64,000 nucleotides of DNA from IMG/VR virus record IMGVR_UViG_3300037183_000082, positions 1 through 64,000 of that record, one strand, 5' to 3'. The notes beneath the pieces were generated by a model. That model was not told the origin of the DNA. It worked only from the letters and a program-made list of their open reading frames with translations, and did no database searches. Shown one piece after another: positions 27,084-37,032 of this stretch; the stretch's first letter is position 1; each line of letters starts with the position of its first letter. This DNA comes from a virus (taxonomy: Duplodnaviria > Caudoviricetes). Made by a program: the position numbers and the translations under genes.

Positions 27084-27659
27084 ATGCCAGAGATTGAATT
27101 CAACGCAACGCAAGGAACCGTGTTCACGCCGCTGCCCAAGGGCTCCTACACGGCGCTGATCGAAAACATCGAGTTCAGCAAGACCAAGGAAAAGAACAAC
27201 CCTCAGATGTGTCTCATCATGCGGGTGTCGGGTGGTGAGTACGACGGTCGCGAAGTTCGCGACTGGATGGTCACCGGCGGCGAGAACGCGCACAAGTCGG
27301 GCTGGCGCATCGCGAACCTGCTCGAAGCAACCATCCCAGGCGAGTACGACGAGATCGAGACCGGGGAGCTGAACGAGAAGGGCAAGCCCCTTTACCGCTA
27401 CAAGTTCAACACGGACCACCTGATCGGGGTCTCGGTGAGCTTCAAGGCGACCATCGAGGAAGACAACAAGGGCGAGGACCGCAACCAGTTCCGCTACATC
27501 GCCAAGACTGGCGCCACGGAGGCTGCCAAGGCTTCCGACGCCCAGACCCAGGCCGGCTTGCCCGCTGCGGTTGCGCAAACGCAGCCCGCACAAGCCGCGC
27601 CCGCCACACAGGCTGCGGCGCCTGCCACTTCGGGCCGTCGCGCTCGGCTGTCGGCCTAA
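27084..27659 (+). CDS. single-stranded DNA-binding protein (DUF669-like)
   Basis: PLPKGSYTALIENIE..K...PQM motif; low-complexity tail; follows the Sak4-like gene. Confidence 0.75.
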   Translation: MPEIEFNATQGTVFTPLPKGSYTALIENIEFSKTKEKNNPQMCLIMRVSGGEYDGREVRDWMVTGGENAHKSGWRIANLLEATIPGEYDEIETGELNEKGKPLYRYKFNTDHLIGVSVSFKATIEEDNKGEDRNQFRYIAKTGATEAAKASDAQTQAGLPAAVAQTQPAQAAPATQAAAPATSGRRARLSA

Positions 27660-27670
27660 GGAAACACCCC

Positions 27671-28132
27671 ATGTCGAACCCCGAAGACGAGCCCGAGATG
27701 GACCTCACACCCGAGCAACAAGCCGCCTACGATCAAGGCGTCTTGGTGATTCGGCAAATCGCCGAGGCCATTTTGCCGTTTGCGCCCGAGATGACCGAAG
27801 CGCAGCTCAGCGGGCTCGCGATCGGGGCGCTCGAAGAACAGCAAAAGGTCATGCACGAGATCTTTCCAACGCTGTTCGGCGAGCAGGCGCACCACTACCC
27901 ATCGATCCAGGTGTTGATCAAGGGCCCGAACGGCATGGAAGGCGCTGTCACCGCGCCCAAACGCCTGGAAGGTGTCGAGGATCCGCAGCCTGGCCTGCAG
28001 TGGGCATTCATGCAGGCGCTTCTGCTCTCACCGAGTGTGCGCGCCATCCTGCGCGTCTGGGGCTTCACGTACTCGTTTGCCCAGGTGCAGGCGGACGTGT
28101 CGAAGCCGACCGGCATCATCGTCAAGCACTGA
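27671..28132 (+). CDS. hypothetical protein
   Basis: 153 aa ORF with an AAGGA RBS. Confidence 0.65.
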   Translation: MSNPEDEPEMDLTPEQQAAYDQGVLVIRQIAEAILPFAPEMTEAQLSGLAIGALEEQQKVMHEIFPTLFGEQAHHYPSIQVLIKGPNGMEGAVTAPKRLEGVEDPQPGLQWAFMQALLLSPSVRAILRVWGFTYSFAQVQADVSKPTGIIVKH

Positions 28133-28192
28133 GACCGCGTCGAGTCGGGGCCTCGCACAAGCGCCCCAAGTTTTTTTTCTCGGGGGAATCCA

Positions 28193-28411
28193 ATGTCTCA
28201 CACCTGCCATGCGCGCGGCTGCGTTCGGTCGTGCCTGCCTGAGTTTCTCATGTGCGGTAAGCACTGGCGCATGGTGCCCAAACAGCTGAAAGACGCTGTC
28301 TGGAAGCACTACCGCCCCGGGCAGGAGATCGACAAGGATCCGACACCTGAGTATTTGAAAGTCGCGCAAGACGCGATTGCTTGGGTTGCAGACGTCGAGG
28401 TCGGCGCGTGA
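28193..28411 (+). CDS. small Cys/His protein common in phages
   Basis: CHARGC...LMCGKHWRMVP. Confidence 0.7.
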   Translation: MSHTCHARGCVRSCLPEFLMCGKHWRMVPKQLKDAVWKHYRPGQEIDKDPTPEYLKVAQDAIAWVADVEVGA

Positions 28412-28589
28412 GATCGATATGGCTATTGCCCGGGGTGGCGCGCGTGTTCAAGACGAAGCGTGCGGCTTTGGCTTTCAAGCTTGCGTGGAAGATCCGCGGC
28501 GAGCCGTCCCAATATCTACGTGCTCCGCGATTTATCAAGGATCCGCCCGCGCGCGTCGTGCGCCCGAAATATAGAAAGCCGGCGCCGGT

Positions 28590-29111
28590 ATGAGCAACGA
28601 GCACATGCACGGCACCAACGACACGTGGTGCACGCCAGAGCCGATCTGGGGCCCGCTCGTCGAGCACCTAGGGCCGATCTCACTCGATCCCATGACGAAT
28701 CCGCGCAGCAAGGTGCCTGCGAACGAGCGCTGGACTGACTGGGACGGCAACGTTGCACGGTTCGGGCTGATCAAGCGCAACGCCTACGAGCATTCGTGGG
28801 ATAGCTACCCGTTCGTGTTCGTAAACGGGCCGTGGTCTGTGATGGCGCCATGGTGCAAGCAAGCCGCCGAGCGCGTGCATTTCAACCACACGGTGCTCCT
28901 TGTGCCTGTGCGCCCGACGGGCGGCGCTTGGCAGAAGTGGATCTTTCCGAACTTCGCGGTGCTCTGGCTCAACTTCCGCATCCAGTTCGACGGCGCCAAG
29001 GATCCTATCCCAGGCCACTGCGCGCTCTGCTACCGCGGCGATTCGCTGCGAGTATTCAAGCGGGCTTTCAGGGGCAAAGGCACGATCACCTGCCAAAGCG
29101 AGATGCTCTGA
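28590..29111 (+). CDS. phage DNA N6-adenine methyltransferase (Dam-like)
   Basis: DTWCTP, LDP, VFVNGPWS (NPPY-like), VLLVP-R, RIQF. Confidence 0.75.
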   Translation: MSNEHMHGTNDTWCTPEPIWGPLVEHLGPISLDPMTNPRSKVPANERWTDWDGNVARFGLIKRNAYEHSWDSYPFVFVNGPWSVMAPWCKQAAERVHFNHTVLLVPVRPTGGAWQKWIFPNFAVLWLNFRIQFDGAKDPIPGHCALCYRGDSLRVFKRAFRGKGTITCQSEML

Positions 29112-29590
29112 TGTCGCACTTCAACGGACCGGACTACAACGCGCAGCTCGACGACGGGCGGCTGTCTGCGCAGCACGAGCGCGTCAAAGCGCTCATGCTC
29201 GACGGGGTTTGGCGCACGCTCGGCGAGATCGCCGCCGTGACGGGCGACCCGGAAGCCTCGATCTCGGCCCAGCTTCGCCACCTACGAAAGCGCCGGTTCG
29301 GCGCCTATGTCGTGCTGCTCCAAGCGCGCGGCGAGCGCGAGCACGGTTTGTGGGAGTACCAGGTGCTCCCGCCCACCGACGCCTCGATGCGTGCGGCGGA
29401 GGTCGCCGACATCGCAGACACCGCAGCGCGCGCGCTGTCCGTGAAAGAGCTGGAAGCCTCGCTGTTCATGCTGGAGGCGATCTATCCCATCGTGTGTATC
29501 GAACACCACGCGCACAAAGTCATCCTGGAGCGTCTTTTCTACTATCTCGAAGCGCGGTTCGAGCGCCGCACCCAGGTGAAAGCAGCATGA
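29111..29590 (+). CDS. HTH-domain protein
   Basis: WRTLGEIAAVTGDPEASISAQLRHLRK. Confidence 0.7.
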   Translation: MSHFNGPDYNAQLDDGRLSAQHERVKALMLDGVWRTLGEIAAVTGDPEASISAQLRHLRKRRFGAYVVLLQARGEREHGLWEYQVLPPTDASMRAAEVADIADTAARALSVKELEASLFMLEAIYPIVCIEHHAHKVILERLFYYLEARFERRTQVKAA

Positions 29591-29988
29591 CACCCGTCCA
29601 ACTTGAGAGCCCTTACGCAGGCCACGTCCATCGCAACAAGGCCTACCTACAGCTCTGCATCCGCGATTGCTTTGAGCGCGGCGAGGCGCCATTCGCGTCG
29701 CACCAGCTCTATGTGGATGCGCTCGACGACGACATCGCGATCGAGCGAAAGCAGGGCATCGAAGCGGGCTTGATCTGGGGCAAGTTCGCCGAACGTACGG
29801 TGGTCTACACAGACTTCGGGATTTCGAGTGGCATGAAGCACGGAATCCTTGCGGCCGAGAAGCTTCGACGCCCGTGCATTTTTCGCACGCTGAAAGACTT
29901 CGACCGCGTCACGTTCTACACGGCGACTGACGAGCTGCAAGAGACAGACTGGCACGAGCTGCTCACACGCTGCCGGAGCGTGCGATGA
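29587..29988 (+). CDS. phage protein with ESPY motif (nucleoside deoxyribosyltransferase-like fold)
   Basis: LESPYAG..GEAPFASH..VVYTDFGISSGM. Confidence 0.7.
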   Translation: MTPVQLESPYAGHVHRNKAYLQLCIRDCFERGEAPFASHQLYVDALDDDIAIERKQGIEAGLIWGKFAERTVVYTDFGISSGMKHGILAAEKLRRPCIFRTLKDFDRVTFYTATDELQETDWHELLTRCRSVR

Positions 29989-32900
29989 GCCCGAACCGCC
30001 CGACGCGTTTTCCGATCTACACCGAGGCGCACGCCAACTGCAGCAAGTGCGAGCTGCAACCAGCCTGCGAGGACGGCAAGGTCGTACAGGCCTACCAGCC
30101 GGCCAGCGACGCGCCTTTCAACGGTATCATGATCGTGGGCGAGGGTCCCGGGCATCACGAGGTCATCCAGGGCCGCCCGTTCGTGGGACCTTCCGGGCGC
30201 TTGCTCCGTGCGATTCTCAAGTCGCTCGGGGCTGATCTCGACGCTTGCTACATCACCAACGCAACGTTGTGCCGACCGCCTATCACGGCATCGGATGACA
30301 AACGCTCGTTCATGCAGAAGTTCCCCCGCGCGGTGCACAGCTGCCTGCCGCGCCTGGAGCTTGAGATCACTGCTGTCCGCCCGCGCGTGATCCTCGCGCT
30401 CGGGGCACAAGCCCTGGCTGCGCTCACGGGCTACGAGGAGCACTACACGAAGCTTCTGCCCGCGCCGCCGTGCGAGACGTGTAAGGGCGGCCATGTGCTG
30501 AAAGACGGTGGGGAGACGCCGCGCAGGGTGGTCGGCGTGCAGTGCTCCAAAGGTGAGTGCAAGCACCGCATTCTCTTGCCGCCCCAGTTCGAGGGAAAGA
30601 AGGTCAAAGGGCTCGATCTGCCCGATATCCTGCCCACGGATTGCCCCAAGTGCGGCGCGACCTTGCAGCGGCTCACGGTGCGACAGATCCCGTGCCCGAC
30701 CTGCGGCGGCCTCAAGCGCGTCGAGACGCCACTTGTGAACTTTCGGTGGGACTACCAGCTCGGCGAGGTCGCAGGGGCTGTCATCGATGCGAGCAAGCAC
30801 GGGTGGGAGACGTGTGGCGTGCGGTACGTGATCGCGACCTACCACCCCTCGTTCTTGCTTCGACCTCCGCCCAGCTCAGGCACGGGCGAGGACAAGGCCA
30901 TGGGCGGCCAGTACGCGGCGCCTTGCGTTCAGAAGCACATGAAAAAGTCGCTGCGTCTACTCACCGAGGACGCGGACTGGTCCACAGGTTTTGAGGTCAC
31001 AGACGAGTCGGACCACACAGACGCTGCGGCGCACTTGCTCGACTACATCTACGGCGACCCGGCAGTCACCGAGTTCACATGCGATATCGAGAGCGAGGGC
31101 TGGGGCTCCGAATACGTCTGCCAGGTGTGCGAGACGAAGTCTGGGATCATCCGCACCGCACCACCGACCGAGCTGTCCGCCGAGCTGCACCATTGCGAGA
31201 CGTGCACAACCGCCGCGAACGCAGTTTTGCGGGCGGAGAACAAGGAAGAAACGGGCCCGCTGTTCACGCAGCACGTGCCGATCGTAAAAGAGCTGGACGC
31301 CCGCAAGATCGCCGAGGTGTCGAAGATCAAGATCCTGGGGTTCGCGAGCCGTAAGCGTGGCTATTCGTTGGTCACAGACACGCGCACGCTCGACCCTGAC
31401 AATACAAGCGACCCGCTCTATCAGGCCATCGTCAAGGTGCTCACCGACACGACCTTGCGCATCTGCTTTCACCACGGCAACTACGACGTGCCGGCGCTGT
31501 ACAAGCTCTGGGGCATTGAGGTCAAGAACTACACAGACGACACGCTGATCCTGCACCACGATCTGTACCCGGACGAAAAGCACTCGCTGTCGCACGTCGC
31601 ATTCGAGTTTACCGATGTCCACGCGTGGAAGCCGCCCAAGAAACTTCACAACCGACTCGCGCACGAGTCGTTCGAGGAAGAGTGCGCGTACAACGCACGC
31701 GACACGATGCTCACGGACGACTCGCTCCAACAGATGAAGCTCAAGCTTGCCCCGAAGCACCTCGATAAGGTCTACGCCATCGACATGCAGCTGCAGCAGC
31801 AGGCTGTTGAGATGTGGCGCAACGGGATGTACGTCGACAAAGACAACGCCATCCGCATCGGCCAGGAGGCAGTCGACCGCGAGCTACGCCTGCAAGCCGA
31901 AATGCGCAAGCTGCTCAAGTGGGACAACTTCAACCCGCGTTCTGCCACGCAGCTGGCTGAGGCGCTGTTCGATCGCTTTGGCTACACGCCCTCGAAGATG
32001 ACTGAGGGTGGCGCGCGCTCGACCGCGAAAGAGGTCGTGCTGCGGCTCACAGACAGCCCCTTTAAGCGCCTCGTGCTCGACCACAAGGATGCCGTGGCCA
32101 CGCTGGCTAACTTCTTCGAGGTGGTAGACAACCGCGCCTACCCGGGGCGCAGCCTGCGCATCTGGAACGACCAGCGCATCCGCGCGACGTGGAAAGCGTA
32201 CGGCGCACGCACGGGGCGTTTCTCGTCCAATCCCAACTTTCAAAACTGGAAGGCGTGGCTCAAGGCACTCGTGACCTGCGCGCCAGGCCGCAAGATCGTG
32301 GGTGCCGATTACGACCAGCTGGAGCTGCGCATTCTTGCTGCCCTGAGCGGTGATCCTGTGCTCATGGAAAAGTGTCTGAACGCCGACGAGAACGACAAGC
32401 TCAACCCGGACAAGGACCCGCACAGCTACGTGGCGTTTTTCGCGTTCGGCAAGCTGTTCACGGATCTAGACAAGAACGACCCGGCGCACGACAAAAAGAA
32501 CGAGCGCTGCAAGTGCCAGAAGTGCGAGCGCAAGGCCCTGCGCGATATCTGCAAGCGTGTGATCTACGGCATGAACTACGGCGCGGGCGACGAGACCGTG
32601 CTCGAAGCCATCTATTCAGGCGGGTACAACGGCCCGCCCATCTCGCTCGACATGATCGGCCGCGTCCGCAAGGCCATCTACACCGCGTTCAGTGGGATCA
32701 AGGCCTACCAGGAAAAGCTCTACACCGACGCCGTCAAGAACAAGGCGATCTTTTCGCCGCTGCTCGGCCGCCGTCGGATCTTCCCGCTCGGCGATGTGCC
32801 GTTCACCGAGATCCTCAACTTCCCAATCCAGTGTCTTACCGGCGCGACGCGCGTTCTCACTGATCGCGGCTACCAGACGCTCGAAAGTCTCAACGCGCTC

Positions 32901-34259
32901 ACGCAAGCACATACGGGCAGCGAACAGGTGCAAGCACGGGTGCTCTCGAAGGGCGCGGAGCAAGTTTGGCGTGTGACGCTAGACAACGGGCAGCAAATCG
33001 AAACGAACGAGGGTCACTATTTGCTCGGCACGAACGGCTGGCTCGCGACGGGTGAGCTGCAGCCTGACACACTGATCGCGCAACCACTTGCACGAGAGCA
33101 GCCAACGCGCCGTGACATGACGGCAGGTTTCGGGCGGGACCCGGACACGTTCTACTGGCTCGGCTACTACGTCGGCAACGGTTCTTGGGATACCGACGAT
33201 GCGATCAAATTCGCGTTCGGTTCGCGTGTGAAGCGGCAACACCATAGTGAATACGCCACCAAGTTCCTGGAGTGGGCGCGCTTGCACGAGCTTGCACCGC
33301 AAAAGCCGCAGATCGAGCTAAACCTTACTTGCGTGACGTTGCAGAACCACGCGGCGCGCGAACTGTTCACAAGTCTCGGCGTTATGCCCGGGGCTGGCGC
33401 GCATCAAAAGCGGCTTCCGGAAGCTGCGTGGGCGGGCTCGATTGCGGAGCGCAAAGCCTTCTTGGTCGGGCTGCTCGATGCCGACGGTTCGCTTGCGACA
33501 GACCCGCCCAACATCACGTTGTGCAACCGCGCTTTGCTTCAGGACGTGCAGCTCCTACTGCGGACGGTCGGGATTCCGAGCCGCCTGTACGGGCCCTATG
33601 TCGCGGATCGTGCGGGTCACCTGGCGTGGCGTCTCACGATTCCAGGGACGCTGCTCACACGACTCGGGTACGGGCAAGCGCAGCGTGTGCGGTACCCGAA
33701 TGACGTGTCACTGGATCCGACCTCTATTGCGGAGTTTCTGGATACGTTCCCCAAGAATCCGTTCAGTTTTTCGACACAGCAAAGCATGTACATGCTCTGG
33801 CGGCGGATCTCAGAGGGTGGTTTCACGAACCCCCACACGCTTTTACGCATGTGGGAGGCGCTCGACGCAACACCGACCCAACCGATTTACGCTTTCCATG
33901 CGGTGCGCAGCGTCGAGCGTTTGGATCGCGCGGCGCCGATGTTCACGCTTCACGTTGACCACCCACTCCATCGTTACGACAGCGCTGGCGTGATCAGCAA
34001 AAACTCAGGCGGCGCAGACATCATGAACCAGCGCAATCTTATCTTCGGTGGCGAGGTGCGCAGCATCGATCCCACTGCGATGTACATCGCCCAGGTGCAC
34101 GACGCCGTCTACTACGAAGTCGACGAGCAGCGCGCGCCCCAGGTCGCAGACCGTATGACCGAGGTCCTCACCTGGGATACCGCGATGTACGAAGGCGGCC
34201 CCGTGATGCACTTCAGTGCGCAGGCGTCCATTGGCGACACCTGGAAGGCGGCAGCATGA
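29985..34259 (+). CDS. family A DNA polymerase with N-terminal uracil-DNA glycosylase domain, 3'-5' exonuclease and an intein
   Basis: UDG-4 motifs GEGPG/PFVGPSG/YHPS; exonuclease DIESE, DDT; polymerase RTGRFSS, DYDQLELR, KRVIYGMNYG, NFPIQ-SGGAD, QVHD. Confidence 0.93.
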   Translation: MSPNRPTRFPIYTEAHANCSKCELQPACEDGKVVQAYQPASDAPFNGIMIVGEGPGHHEVIQGRPFVGPSGRLLRAILKSLGADLDACYITNATLCRPPITASDDKRSFMQKFPRAVHSCLPRLELEITAVRPRVILALGAQALAALTGYEEHYTKLLPAPPCETCKGGHVLKDGGETPRRVVGVQCSKGECKHRILLPPQFEGKKVKGLDLPDILPTDCPKCGATLQRLTVRQIPCPTCGGLKRVETPLVNFRWDYQLGEVAGAVIDASKHGWETCGVRYVIATYHPSFLLRPPPSSGTGEDKAMGGQYAAPCVQKHMKKSLRLLTEDADWSTGFEVTDESDHTDAAAHLLDYIYGDPAVTEFTCDIESEGWGSEYVCQVCETKSGIIRTAPPTELSAELHHCETCTTAANAVLRAENKEETGPLFTQHVPIVKELDARKIAEVSKIKILGFASRKRGYSLVTDTRTLDPDNTSDPLYQAIVKVLTDTTLRICFHHGNYDVPALYKLWGIEVKNYTDDTLILHHDLYPDEKHSLSHVAFEFTDVHAWKPPKKLHNRLAHESFEEECAYNARDTMLTDDSLQQMKLKLAPKHLDKVYAIDMQLQQQAVEMWRNGMYVDKDNAIRIGQEAVDRELRLQAEMRKLLKWDNFNPRSATQLAEALFDRFGYTPSKMTEGGARSTAKEVVLRLTDSPFKRLVLDHKDAVATLANFFEVVDNRAYPGRSLRIWNDQRIRATWKAYGARTGRFSSNPNFQNWKAWLKALVTCAPGRKIVGADYDQLELRILAALSGDPVLMEKCLNADENDKLNPDKDPHSYVAFFAFGKLFTDLDKNDPAHDKKNERCKCQKCERKALRDICKRVIYGMNYGAGDETVLEAIYSGGYNGPPISLDMIGRVRKAIYTAFSGIKAYQEKLYTDAVKNKAIFSPLLGRRRIFPLGDVPFTEILNFPIQCLTGATRVLTDRGYQTLESLNALTQAHTGSEQVQARVLSKGAEQVWRVTLDNGQQIETNEGHYLLGTNGWLATGELQPDTLIAQPLAREQPTRRDMTAGFGRDPDTFYWLGYYVGNGSWDTDDAIKFAFGSRVKRQHHSEYATKFLEWARLHELAPQKPQIELNLTCVTLQNHAARELFTSLGVMPGAGAHQKRLPEAAWAGSIAERKAFLVGLLDADGSLATDPPNITLCNRALLQDVQLLLRTVGIPSRLYGPYVADRAGHLAWRLTIPGTLLTRLGYGQAQRVRYPNDVSLDPTSIAEFLDTFPKNPFSFSTQQSMYMLWRRISEGGFTNPHTLLRMWEALDATPTQPIYAFHAVRSVERLDRAAPMFTLHVDHPLHRYDSAGVISKNSGGADIMNQRNLIFGGEVRSIDPTAMYIAQVHDAVYYEVDEQRAPQVADRMTEVLTWDTAMYEGGPVMHFSAQASIGDTWKAAA
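32832..34004 (+). mobile_element. intein (391 aa) with LAGLIDADG homing endonuclease
   Basis: Starts CLTGATRV, has block B IETNEGH, LGYYVGNG and GLLDADG motifs, ends SKN before Ser; removal restores NFPIQ-SGGAD. Confidence 0.9.
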
Positions 34260-34654
34260 AAGGCGCATGCCGCGGTTGTGGTTGCCAAGTGAGCCACCCT
34301 GACGATGTGATCTGTGCGGCTTGTGAGGGTCGCCGGCTCGCCTCCAAAGCTCAGATCGATGCGCTCATGCGCAAGGACACGGACGATGAAAACAAGAAAG
34401 ATCGAGTGCAAGAACGCGCAGGCGCGGAAGAAGTATCAGGTCGTGGTCGAGTACAAGAGACGATCCTCGTCGGCCACACCGGACAGTACCTCACCCGAGA
34501 CAAAGGGCCCTTCGCCGCAGTCGTCATCTGCGTTCATGAGGACGGATCCTTCGACCTCCAAGTGACTCTGCCGTCGCGCAAGCAAAACCGGCACTTCTTC
34601 TACGCCGAGCGGGTGCGCACGACCGGCGAGTTCCACCACTTCAGGAGGGTTTGA
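34256..34654 (+). CDS. hypothetical protein
   Basis: ATGA-coupled ORF with Cys-rich N-terminus. Confidence 0.5.
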   Translation: MKGACRGCGCQVSHPDDVICAACEGRRLASKAQIDALMRKDTDDENKKDRVQERAGAEEVSGRGRVQETILVGHTGQYLTRDKGPFAAVVICVHEDGSFDLQVTLPSRKQNRHFFYAERVRTTGEFHHFRRV

Positions 34655-34884
34655 TCATGAGTCACTACATCGTTTCACTACCAGTCGTCGGGCGCATTGA
34701 AGCTGTCATCGAGGCGGAGAACGCAGACGAAGCTCGCGCCGCAGCATGGGCGTTGTTCGAGGCGGACGGCGAGGACGGCTTCGAGGAAGTCGAGGTCAAA
34801 GCCCAGGCGATGCTCGGCGCCACGGTCACGATTGCAGACGTCGGGGTCGAGTTGACCGAGATCGACGAGGGCGACGATGACTGA
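34651..34884 (+). CDS. small acidic hypothetical protein
   Basis: GGAGG RBS, coupled ORF. Confidence 0.6.
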   Translation: MIMSHYIVSLPVVGRIEAVIEAENADEARAAAWALFEADGEDGFEEVEVKAQAMLGATVTIADVGVELTEIDEGDDD

Positions 34885-35212
34885 CACCTGCCAGGAGTGC
34901 GGTGCGGCCGTGCCCGCCGGGCTTGCGGTATGCGAGGCCTGTTTCCGGGGTCGGGGCCTGTACCGCATCGATGAGCACGGCGAGGGTAAGCCGCCGTGGG
35001 ATGTGCAGCGCAAGGCCCAAATAAAGCAGCCCCCCGGCGACCAAACCGAGGGGCTCAAGGACAGACATCCCACTGAAGCGATGCCAACGGAGCCTACCAA
35101 AGCTCTGCTGTCGCCGCAATGGCGCCAAGAGGTTATCGGACTTCTGCGCGCGCAACAGCTCGAAATCACACTCTTGATCGCAAAGCTCGAAGGGATGGAC
35201 GCCCATGTTTGA
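34877..35212 (+). CDS. zinc-ribbon hypothetical protein
   Basis: CQEC...CEAC. Confidence 0.55.
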   Translation: MTDTCQECGAAVPAGLAVCEACFRGRGLYRIDEHGEGKPPWDVQRKAQIKQPPGDQTEGLKDRHPTEAMPTEPTKALLSPQWRQEVIGLLRAQQLEITLLIAKLEGMDAHV

Positions 35213-36638
35213 AGACGAAGAAACGGACGAGCTGCAGCTCGACGACCCGGAGCCTGTTGAAAGCCCTGCCAATCTGGCGTTTTCGCCGAAACAGAAGGCC
35301 GCGCTCGATGTGCTCTTGAACACCCGAGACAACGTGCTTCTCACGGGCGTCGCAGGCTGCGGTAAGAGCACCATCATCCGCGAGTTTTTGCGGCAGATGG
35401 CTTTGCGCAAGGCGGAGACAGGCACGGGGCGCCTGCCCGTGGTGTGTGCACCGACCGGCATCGCGGCCCTCAACGTGGGCGGCACGACGATCCACAAGCT
35501 GTTCGGGCTCGGCATCGACTTCGACGTGACGCGGCCCAAGCTCAGCAATCGCGCGCTCGGGATCCTCGGCTACATCGACACGATCATCATCGACGAGATC
35601 TCGATGGTCCGCTCGGATCTGTTTCACATGATGGACATCGCGCTCAAGCGCGCGAACAGCAACACGCGCCCGTTCGGCGGAACGCGGATCATCATGGTGG
35701 GCGACCCGTACCAGCTGCCGCCCGTCGTAAAGCGGCAAGAGGCGCAGTTTCTAGAGACGAACTACGGCACCGCGGCGGGCTGGTGTTTTCTCTCGCCGCA
35801 ATTCGAGACGCTCAACCCTCGGGTGTTCTACCTGCAGGACTCGTTTCGACAGGCCGATACAACGTTCGTTGACCTGCTCAACCGCGTGCGAGACAAGGAC
35901 CTGAGCGCGGTCTCTGCGCTGAACGCCATCGCGCGCAGCCACGAGCTTGCGCCTGAGACGGTGCCCTGGCTGTGCTCCTACAAGGCGGACATGGACGTCC
36001 GCAACTACAAGATGCTGCGCGCGCTTGACGAGCAAATCGGCACCATCCGGCCGGATCTGGAAGGCGACACTAGCTCGGCGCCGAAAGAGATTCTCGAACC
36101 CGTCGAGCTGGCCATCGGCGCGCGCGTCATGATTACCAAGAACGCACAGGGTTGGGAGGGTGCGCCGCCGGAGTACGTGAACGGCTCGCTCGGCTGGGTC
36201 GAGGACTTTTCGGCGACCGCCTACGTCTGGAAGAAAGACGATGACGGTAACTGGGCGAAGTCGCCCAAAGACGCCATCGGTGTGCGGCTCGACAGCGGCG
36301 TGGTAGTGAACGTGCCTGCGTTCGAGTACGAGCTGACGAAGCTGGAGCCGAACAGCAAGACGGCTGAGCTTGAAAAGGTTCGCGTCGGCGCTGTGCGGCA
36401 GTACCCGTTGACGCTGGCCTGGGCCATCACCATCCACAAAGCCCAAGGCATGGGCTTCGATGCCGCAGTCGTGAACCTCGGCGAGCGCGGCGCCTTCGCA
36501 CACGGGCAGGCCTACGTCGCGCTGAGCCGACTCAAGAGCGCGCAGGGCCTGTACTTGCGCCACCCGCTCATGAAGCGCGACCTTCAATGCGACGCGAACG
36601 TGCCGAAGTTCCTGGCCCCTTACGCGGTAGGTGCGTGA
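35205..36638 (+). CDS. Pif1/RecD-like SF1B helicase
   Basis: TGVAGCGKS, APTGIAA, DEISM, GDPYQLPPV, FRQ, LAWAITIHKAQG, GQAYVALSR. Confidence 0.92.
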   Translation: MFEDEETDELQLDDPEPVESPANLAFSPKQKAALDVLLNTRDNVLLTGVAGCGKSTIIREFLRQMALRKAETGTGRLPVVCAPTGIAALNVGGTTIHKLFGLGIDFDVTRPKLSNRALGILGYIDTIIIDEISMVRSDLFHMMDIALKRANSNTRPFGGTRIIMVGDPYQLPPVVKRQEAQFLETNYGTAAGWCFLSPQFETLNPRVFYLQDSFRQADTTFVDLLNRVRDKDLSAVSALNAIARSHELAPETVPWLCSYKADMDVRNYKMLRALDEQIGTIRPDLEGDTSSAPKEILEPVELAIGARVMITKNAQGWEGAPPEYVNGSLGWVEDFSATAYVWKKDDDGNWAKSPKDAIGVRLDSGVVVNVPAFEYELTKLEPNSKTAELEKVRVGAVRQYPLTLAWAITIHKAQGMGFDAAVVNLGERGAFAHGQAYVALSRLKSAQGLYLRHPLMKRDLQCDANVPKFLAPYAVGA

Positions 36639-36853
36639 TGGCAAAGTTCGATATCACGGCGCACGTGACGATCTCGATCTACAAGACGGTCGAGGCCAAG
36701 AACGAAAAGCAAGCGCGCACCAAAGCGCTGGAGCTGGAGTTGCCGAACCTGTGCCACCAGTGTGCGGGGGCAGGCGAAGGCGATCCTGATGTCTGGGAGC
36801 TGACTGGCGAGCTGGACGGCGAACCGCAGATCCAGAAAATTGAGGCGATGTGA
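36638..36853 (+). CDS. small hypothetical protein
   Basis: TGATG-coupled ORF. Confidence 0.55.
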   Translation: MAKFDITAHVTISIYKTVEAKNEKQARTKALELELPNLCHQCAGAGEGDPDVWELTGELDGEPQIQKIEAM

Positions 36854-37032
36854 TGCCGCCCACAACGCACTGCGCTTGCGGCGTCGAGCTGCCGACGCAC
36901 ATCGCCAAGCACGTGCCGACGCGCGTTCGCTACGAGCACACGTGTTCGTGCAGGCGGCGCTGGAAGTACGTCGATGCCGTCTGGGTACAGAAGATCGGCG
37001 AAGGCGGCCTGTTTCATGGCAACCGCGCATGA
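36853..37032 (+). CDS. small zinc-binding hypothetical protein
   Basis: CACG...CSC; coupled ORF. Confidence 0.5.
   Translation: MPPTTHCACGVELPTHIAKHVPTRVRYEHTCSCRRRWKYVDAVWVQKIGEGGLFHGNRA

Noticed and set aside
30957-36644. Minus-strand ORFs 30957..31760 and 35751..36644
   Set aside because: They are antisense shadows of the polymerase and Pif1 helicase genes.
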